Shown here piece after piece: positions 58,488-64,000 of a stretch of 64,000 bases of DNA. Location of the stretch: IMG/VR virus record IMGVR_UViG_3300035494_000066; one strand, 5' to 3'. Source of the DNA: a virus (taxonomy: Duplodnaviria; Heunggongvirae; Uroviricota; Caudoviricetes). The translations under genes and the position numbers were made by a program. Positions within the stretch are counted from its first letter, which is position 1. Every line of letters starts with the position of its first letter. The notes under the pieces were generated by a model. The model was not told the origin of the DNA and did not search any database. It saw nothing but the letters and a program-made list of their open reading frames with translations.

Positions 58488-60017
58488 TTATTCTTGCTCA
58501 CTTTCAAGTTTATCGAGAACTTCGACTTCGGCTTCGTTGAACTCTTCGCTGTGCTCGCTCGGCTCTTCAACGATGTCAAACAGTGCACTAAACTGAGACG
58601 ATGCGTTTACAGTCTTCTTGCCAACTGCGCCTCGGGTTCCGACAACAGCCATCCATAGTGTACTGTGATCTTCAATTGTACGCAGCGCAACTTCGCGGTC
58701 GTCGATACTTAAAATGTAGTCAATGATTTCGCGAACAGCTCGTCTGTCAAACTTTTCTTCGACTAGCATAGCAGGGTAAGACCCTGAGTCGTACTGCCGA
58801 TTGGCTTCTTGTACAGCGTTAATGTGAGTCCACACGTTATGACCCATTTGCAATGCATACGAGAAACTATCCCATGACGTGCGGCCTTCTTTGCCTATCT
58901 TATTAAGATCGCCCGGTTTGTATATACAGATATCTCTAGCAAGCAGACCGTCTGTAATTGGACTATCTTGCCACAGCTTAAAATGCTTCGATGCAGCACT
59001 AGTCCACGTCTCGGTGCTTGTTGCTAGCGCCTTGTTATCAATGCTCGGCACCATTCGGTAAACCCACTTACCTCGGTGTGGAGTTTCGACGCTTGTATAG
59101 ATTTGCCCGTTTGCAGTAGCAAGGAACGGACTTGCACAGTCGAATGTAATAGTAAAACTAGGGTTGTGGTGTTTTCGGACAGCACGTTGAATGTCAGTTA
59201 AGATACATGCCCACTCGAGCTTAGATGTTCCTAGAAAGTGCATAACATCGTGTACACCTTCTTCCAAAAGACCGTCGAATTTGAGAGTAACAATTCGCTT
59301 AAGTGCTAAGTGGATGTCGCACATGTTTTGCCCACCCATTGCCCACCCATTGAAATGTTTCCCGGGATACTGCACTGGGTCGCAGTACTTCTTCATTCGC
59401 TCGTACCAGTCGTCTGCTTCTGCGTGGTTCTCGCCTTGCAAAACATTCAGGAATTTACATGCACCGGTTCGATTGTTGATAAAATAATCGTTATTAATGT
59501 AGGTGCCTTGTACAGCTTCTTCGTACGAATTAATTCCGGTTGCTTCGCGACCGCGCGGAGAGCGGCACACCCAGGCTGGGATATCTAAAATCATCCCGTA
59601 GTCCATATACGCATCCATCCAGCGCAGCACATCTTCGCGCTTCTTTTGTGCCTTAGGACAATTAGGATTCTTCCAATCACCTTCCCACACACCCTTACCG
59701 ATCTGGAACCCTCCGGAATCGCCGAGCACCCAGCTCGACGATCGGTCGCGATTTCGAATCATGTCTTCCTTAGGAGAATCTTTGTTAACATCTAACTCAG
59801 CGTGGCCTGCAGAATACAAACACCATTTGTAATAAAAGTTAGCGTTCGGGTCTAAGTAGTTAAGACTTTCAACACCGTCGGGCAAATTTGATGGAATTCG
59901 CGCTTTTTCGACGTACTCACCGAATCGTTGTTTACCGATAAACGTTGCATAGAATCCCGACAATGCCGGTAAGAACCTTGCATAGTCGAGTTGTGTTTCT
60001 GTCAAATTTTTATTCAT
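58488..60017 (-). CDS. Guanine transglycosylase, TGT/DpdA-like
   Basis: Ordered TGT motifs DSGGFQ, MILD, VLQG, GWAMGG, HFLG, TFDCASP, HN; no CxCxxC zinc site. Confidence 0.8.
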   Translation of the reverse strand: MNKNLTETQLDYARFLPALSGFYATFIGKQRFGEYVEKARIPSNLPDGVESLNYLDPNANFYYKWCLYSAGHAELDVNKDSPKEDMIRNRDRSSSWVLGDSGGFQIGKGVWEGDWKNPNCPKAQKKREDVLRWMDAYMDYGMILDIPAWVCRSPRGREATGINSYEEAVQGTYINNDYFINNRTGACKFLNVLQGENHAEADDWYERMKKYCDPVQYPGKHFNGWAMGGQNMCDIHLALKRIVTLKFDGLLEEGVHDVMHFLGTSKLEWACILTDIQRAVRKHHNPSFTITFDCASPFLATANGQIYTSVETPHRGKWVYRMVPSIDNKALATSTETWTSAASKHFKLWQDSPITDGLLARDICIYKPGDLNKIGKEGRTSWDSFSYALQMGHNVWTHINAVQEANRQYDSGSYPAMLVEEKFDRRAVREIIDYILSIDDREVALRTIEDHSTLWMAVVGTRGAVGKKTVNASSQFSALFDIVEEPSEHSEEFNEAEVEVLDKLESEQE

Positions 60018-60019
60018 AA

Positions 60020-60751
60020 TTACTTAGTTTGTGCTGGTAGAATGTATTCGTATGTTGCGTAAGCCGACTCAACAACGATCATTGCAGCGCCTTCGTCTGA
60101 AAACTTCATTGTAATTTTGCCCAGAAGGCTTAGGATTGAAAGGACTTGCTGGATAGGCCATGACCAGCTTCGAGTAAGTGTACCTGCTACATCATGTTGG
60201 AATACAAAGTTACCGGCGTGTGTCGAGTGGTCGCCGAAGTAAAACACAAGGTTGTTGTTTTCAACTCGTGCTACAAACGTTAGTTCTTCCGAGTTAGCCT
60301 GAGCCTGGAACTTGAGACGCTGAATACTAGCTTGGCTTGGTTCTAGTTCAACACCCCAGCGCACACCTTTAAACTTAACAGTTTTGAGTTTTTCTTCAAC
60401 AATTTGCTGACTCATGAAGCGATAGTCGTTTTTAAAGTCACCTTCTTTGTTTTCAAAGTGTAACCCAACCGGAACAGTAGTTCCTTCGCGATTCTGTGTA
60501 GCAGTAGTGATCTTTGCGCCTTCTCGGTATACCGGAAGATCGAGCAGAATGTTAAGTTTTTGTAAGTTCGGCATGCCGAACGTAGCATCAAACTCCGGAA
60601 TTTTGTTATTGAAATTAGCTTGCACAATAACACTCCGATCATCGGACATAGCCGAGACGTTCGGTTCACCGTCTTTATTGCTAACCTTAATAAGGTCAAT
60701 GAAACCGAGTTTGTGGGTGTGTTGTACAATGTCTAGTAGGTAATCGCGCAT
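60020..60751 (-). CDS. Putative DNA polymerase sliding clamp
   Basis: 243 aa, clamp-sized alpha/beta protein; AMSDDRSVIV resembles the PCNA N-terminal strand and YEYILPA resembles clamp C-termini; near the polymerase. Confidence 0.6.
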   Translation of the reverse strand: MRDYLLDIVQHTHKLGFIDLIKVSNKDGEPNVSAMSDDRSVIVQANFNNKIPEFDATFGMPNLQKLNILLDLPVYREGAKITTATQNREGTTVPVGLHFENKEGDFKNDYRFMSQQIVEEKLKTVKFKGVRWGVELEPSQASIQRLKFQAQANSEELTFVARVENNNLVFYFGDHSTHAGNFVFQHDVAGTLTRSWSWPIQQVLSILSLLGKITMKFSDEGAAMIVVESAYATYEYILPAQTK

Positions 60752-60754
60752 TAA

Positions 60755-61618
60755 TTAGTCTTCTCCATGGTTTATGTGGCCCAAAGTTTGGGCAGCTCTA
60801 TTCGTTTTTAAGACACCTTGCTTTTTAACAATAGCGTAGCTTAAATTCGGATTATGATCTGTTAGTTCTATTATATCTAATTTAGACTCCGCTGTCAACT
60901 GTTTAATCATGTCATCGGTACAAAAACTTCGCATTGTGTGTTCTGCTAAAACGCAGCTTTCGTATACATTACAGTTATTGTATGTAAAAATAAATGTTCC
61001 CCCGGGTTTTAATAGCGATTCTATTTTAAATAACGTATTTCTAATCTGATTTATATCACAGAACTCAAAGTAACCGATCGAAACAGCTGTACCAAACTGT
61101 CCGACGGGTAGATCATTTAAGTTATTATACAGCCTAATACGCCTTTTGTACACAGGATTAAACTGATCCCGTATACGAGTGAGTGTTAATTTAAACTTCG
61201 AAACCATATATAGCGGGTCAGCAGCTAGCATTTTATTAGTATAAGTACCGAGTACTGGCTCGTAATACAACGCAGGGTGCTGCCAAGAGCAATTTATGTT
61301 TATTTTTTCTGCTAGAATCTGATGAATTGTAGTTGCATAGTCGACATAGTCGAGCTGCTTGTATACTGTAGTCGGATTGTTAAGATCGGAAGAGAATCCG
61401 GTTAGTGTTATAGAGTCCCGGAGTGCAGCAAGTCTTTTCTGTTCGGCACAAATTTCTAAATCAACATCCGCAATTGCTGCCGAGAGCTTACTCAGACTAT
61501 TTGTGTCAGGTATAATACCTGTCACTGCTGCAGTTAACGCGTTAACTGCAGCAGTGACTTCTGTGGTATTAATTGCGTTTATCGAATTTAGTTTTAAAAC
61601 GTAGTCGCTTCGTTTCAT
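60755..61618 (-). CDS. Class I SAM methyltransferase-like protein with N-terminal coiled coil
   Basis: LPVGQFGTAVS...LLKPGGTFIFTY; motif I degenerate; start taken at ATG 61618. Confidence 0.5.
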   Translation of the reverse strand: MKRSDYVLKLNSINAINTTEVTAAVNALTAAVTGIIPDTNSLSKLSAAIADVDLEICAEQKRLAALRDSITLTGFSSDLNNPTTVYKQLDYVDYATTIHQILAEKININCSWQHPALYYEPVLGTYTNKMLAADPLYMVSKFKLTLTRIRDQFNPVYKRRIRLYNNLNDLPVGQFGTAVSIGYFEFCDINQIRNTLFKIESLLKPGGTFIFTYNNCNVYESCVLAEHTMRSFCTDDMIKQLTAESKLDIIELTDHNPNLSYAIVKKQGVLKTNRAAQTLGHINHGED

Positions 61619-61631
61619 ATGCACTACTCTA

Positions 61632-62618
61632 TTAGAAGTCGAACAAAGAATCGAAGGTTGATGCAGTATCAGTGAGTTCTCGTAAACCCCAATTAAGCAC
61701 ACCGAGTAAGTTGTCTACTTTTTGGTCAACAATTGCAGTTAGCATAGCAGCATCGTCGAACGGAAGTTCTTTAAACCATGATGGCAAATGCGGTTCGTCA
61801 ATTGGATATGCAATTGACGTCAGACCAATTGGATTTGGTTTTAGTTTGCACACGATAGTCTTTTGCCCGTCCATAATCGGCATACTGTAATTATCTGCAT
61901 TCATCCGGCGCAACATGTTCCAATTAATTGCTGCTCGCACATGTCCAGGTACTGTTCCTTTTTTACCAGAATTCACCTGATTTGTGAATTTTGTTAAGTT
62001 GTTAACCCGCTTTGGTGTGCCTTTGTGCCACGACGGCTTACTTTTAAAGTTGACTTTAAAGTCACGGATTTTTTCAGCAATAGACTCAGGATCTTTACCG
62101 ACCAAACAGTCCTCGAGGATTTCTTTAAGAAACTCTTGCATGTAGTCCGGAGTGTCACTGCGCTTAAGATCAAGCCCCATTGCTTTAATTTTACCCGGCT
62201 TGCCGCCGACGTCGACACGTTTCCCTTCGTCGTCAATTACAAGCAATGCATATCGTTTCTTCTTTATAAAAATGCCGGACTCAGCTACAACTTCGCGCCC
62301 GCACTTTACAATTTCACCAAACGATTTTGGACAGTTAAATGCTCGTTTCATGAAGCTCGGGAAACTATCACTTACTTGGTCGCCGATTTGATCATACAAT
62401 GCAATTGCAGTGTCTTTGTTCCATTCCATATCACCTGCAGCTACAGCAGCTTTTACTGCGGGCCAGGCACTGAAGTAACAAGAGTCGGTGTTATGAACAA
62501 GGATACCGTTTGCAAAAAAATACGGGTCTTGTTCCTTCATACTTATGTCGTATACATACTCTTCGGTTTCGCCGATGCACTCGACACTAGTTACTTGTTG
62601 TCTTTCGGTTTGAGCCAT
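61632..62618 (-). CDS. Family B DNA polymerase C-terminal part fused to a split-intein C fragment
   Basis: 43-aa IntC, then TDSCYF (DTDS motif), KKKRYA, KAMGLDLKRSD, HVRAA, terminal FDSLFDF; own RBS AGAGGA. Confidence 0.92.
   Translation of the reverse strand: MAQTERQQVTSVECIGETEEYVYDISMKEQDPYFFANGILVHNTDSCYFSAWPAVKAAVAAGDMEWNKDTAIALYDQIGDQVSDSFPSFMKRAFNCPKSFGEIVKCGREVVAESGIFIKKKRYALLVIDDEGKRVDVGGKPGKIKAMGLDLKRSDTPDYMQEFLKEILEDCLVGKDPESIAEKIRDFKVNFKSKPSWHKGTPKRVNNLTKFTNQVNSGKKGTVPGHVRAAINWNMLRRMNADNYSMPIMDGQKTIVCKLKPNPIGLTSIAYPIDEPHLPSWFKELPFDDAAMLTAIVDQKVDNLLGVLNWGLRELTDTASTFDSLFDF
62490..62618 (-). mobile_element. Split intein C fragment (IntC, 43 aa)
   Basis: Block F YVYDISM, block G FFANGILVHN, followed by Thr+1. 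Confidence 0.92.
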
Positions 62619-63553
62619 TCTTTACATTCCTCTAATACAGCAGTAGGGTCATCGATATAATCCTGTTCCCATACTACTAATGTTTCTATATTGCGCTCTT
62701 CTAGTAGCGCATCTATTTTAGCTGTGTCTTGCATCCACTTGTCGCGAGCAATAGTATCAGTGCACCTGTTGTAGTAGTTCTCTTCATATATAGCAGGGTT
62801 ACTGTGCCAATAGTCGCCGTTAAATTCGATTGCCCGGTTGTTATGAACTACATCGTAAAAGTACGGTCGGTTGTTAGTCGATGACCAGATACAATACTGC
62901 TTAGTCCTGCATGAAAAGTCTAAGCTAGTTTTTAGCATCTCTTCGAGCCGTAAGCAAAAACTTTCCTCTAGCGCACTAATTGAATGTCTATTAGTATGCA
63001 TTGCTTGCGATATAGCCAACGCGTCGTCGATGCTGCAATTATTCCGCTTCATTATAGTCTCAATACTGTGACCTTTTGCGCGGTTTAATTCCTTGTACTT
63101 GTCTTCTCCCATTTCGCCGTACTTTTCGACAAAATATGTTAGAGTATTTGTATATGCTTGTCTAGCCTTGTACTCATTCCATCTTCGTAAGCCGTCGGTT
63201 TCTCCGTGCTTGTTAATCATGGATTCTAGTGTTACAGCTCTGCTTTTGTTAAACTTGTTAAATTGCTCCTCAGTCCACCTGTGCTTTTTGCGTTTGTATT
63301 CTAAGGAATTAGATTCTGCTTGCTTAGCTTTATACTCGTTCCAGCGTTGTGTCCCTTCTTCTTCGCCGTACTTAGCAATCATATTAGCTTTAGTGACGCC
63401 TGTTCGCTTAGCGAGATCAGCGTCAACTAAAATTGCTCCCGGGTATGCAGCTTTGTACTCTGTGCCATTGTTAAATCGACCAGAGCAGTTGTATTTAAAG
63501 TGTGTCCATTGTAAGCGGCTTGCTTCGTAGCCGCACTCCTTACATTTTGGCAT
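62591..63553 (-). CDS. Free-standing Vsr-like (PD-(D/E)XK) putative homing endonuclease
   Basis: C-terminal S..E...YD...IEFNGDYWH...D..K...VVWE; N-terminal CxxC and three K(Y/H)GE...G repeats; different frame from both polymerase halves. Confidence 0.8.
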   Translation of the reverse strand: MPKCKECGYEASRLQWTHFKYNCSGRFNNGTEYKAAYPGAILVDADLAKRTGVTKANMIAKYGEEEGTQRWNEYKAKQAESNSLEYKRKKHRWTEEQFNKFNKSRAVTLESMINKHGETDGLRRWNEYKARQAYTNTLTYFVEKYGEMGEDKYKELNRAKGHSIETIMKRNNCSIDDALAISQAMHTNRHSISALEESFCLRLEEMLKTSLDFSCRTKQYCIWSSTNNRPYFYDVVHNNRAIEFNGDYWHSNPAIYEENYYNRCTDTIARDKWMQDTAKIDALLEERNIETLVVWEQDYIDDPTAVLEECKEWLKPKDNK

Positions 63554-63579
63554 ATGGTGCTATCTCCTGTCTCCATAAA

Positions 63580-63586
63580 TATTTAT
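63580..63586 (-). promoter_or_regulatory. Possible late promoter ATAAATA for the endonuclease
   Basis: Minus strand aATAAATAtttat upstream of RBS GGAGACAGGAG and the ATG at 63553. Confidence 0.5.
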
Positions 63587-63744
63587 TATATCAAAAAACA
63601 ACTAAATATTGATATGAAACAAGATGAAATTGCTGATATCATAAAACGTTACGACATAGCTATGTAGGAGACTGCTAATGCACGGAGCATTTGCGGAAAT
63701 AGTAGCACGTATCTAAACGTGCAGAAGCAGTCGAAACGGTAAGA

Positions 63745-64000
63745 TCAATTGATCCCCGAAACCGTAATAAGTAAATCCCCTGCTACTAGTTCAGCTGGTT
63801 TGACTTCTAGTGTAAAACCATCTCGGTCAACAATGACGCTATGATCTTCTGTTACAGTAACAGTTGACCCGTCTTGACTCGTCACTTTGTACAGTTTCTT
63901 CTTAGCTTTGTGTCGCATTACATACGCCATTTCGCCATAAACCGAAGTATCTTCAAACGCATTATACCCTAGTGCTTTAATCGGTTGACCGTCTGTGCCA
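63745..64000 (-). CDS. 3' end of the presumed polymerase N-terminal gene, encoding the split intein N fragment (runs off the window)
   Basis: Frame open to the window edge: GTDGQPIKALGYNAFEDTSVYGEMAYVMRHKAKKKLYKVTSQDGSTVTVTEDHSVIVDRDG...KPAELVAGDLLITVSGIN-stop; block B TxxH. Confidence 0.85.
   Translation of the reverse strand, partial: GTDGQPIKALGYNAFEDTSVYGEMAYVMRHKAKKKLYKVTSQDGSTVTVTEDHSVIVDRDGFTLEVKPAELVAGDLLITVSGIN

Noticed and set aside
58488-60017. Calling this gene a canonical bacterial tRNA tgt
   Set aside because: Longer than TGT, lacks the CxCxxC zinc site, has HFLG and lies beside replication genes; substrate left open, so no symbol assigned
63614-63667. 17-codon + strand ORF in the spacer of the fractured polymerase
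   Set aside because: Too short, no clear RBS, no supporting evidence
62591-63744. Group I intron or sequencing frameshift explaining the interrupted polymerase
   Set aside because: The break falls at the usual intein split point, the IntC ORF has its own RBS and ATG, the IntN ends in a clean stop, and no intron core elements were recognisable in the 191-nt spacer; not formally excluded without RNA data
1-64000. tRNA/rRNA genes, integrase or transposase, stop-codon reassignment
   Set aside because: Intergenic gaps are short with no cloverleaf seen, there are no recombinase motifs, and genes read full length in the standard code

Overview
This window is part of a large dsDNA tailed-phage genome (jumbo myovirus-like, standard genetic code, densely packed genes, T4-type late promoters plus sigma70-type promoters; host probably Gram-negative). 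The + strand (1-36.5 kb) carries baseplate and tail genes, including a 4216-aa virion protein. These are followed by a ~17-kb translationally coupled cluster: glycosyltransferase-like proteins, six tandem radical SAM enzymes (five with an N-terminal SPASM/twitch-like domain), an SGNH-like protein, a carbamoyltransferase and a dCMP deaminase. The - strand (36.5-64 kb) carries nucleotide-sugar enzymes, DHFR, a MoxR/vWA pair, RNase H and a lipoprotein autotransporter-like subtilase. It also carries a 7-deazaguanine module (QueE with an atypical Cys spacing, two QueD, a PRTase, a DpdL-like T-fold protein, a GT-B glycosyltransferase and a TGT/DpdA-like transglycosylase), a sliding clamp and a family B DNA polymerase. 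The polymerase is fractured by a naturally split intein, with a free-standing Vsr-like endonuclease gene between the halves. Best leads: the split-intein polymerase; the deazaguanine module, whose transglycosylase shares the polymerase's FxxLFD putative clamp-binding motif; and the radical SAM/glycosyltransferase cluster next to the tail genes. All calls come from motif reading only; no searches were run. No tRNA, rRNA or CRISPR array was seen.
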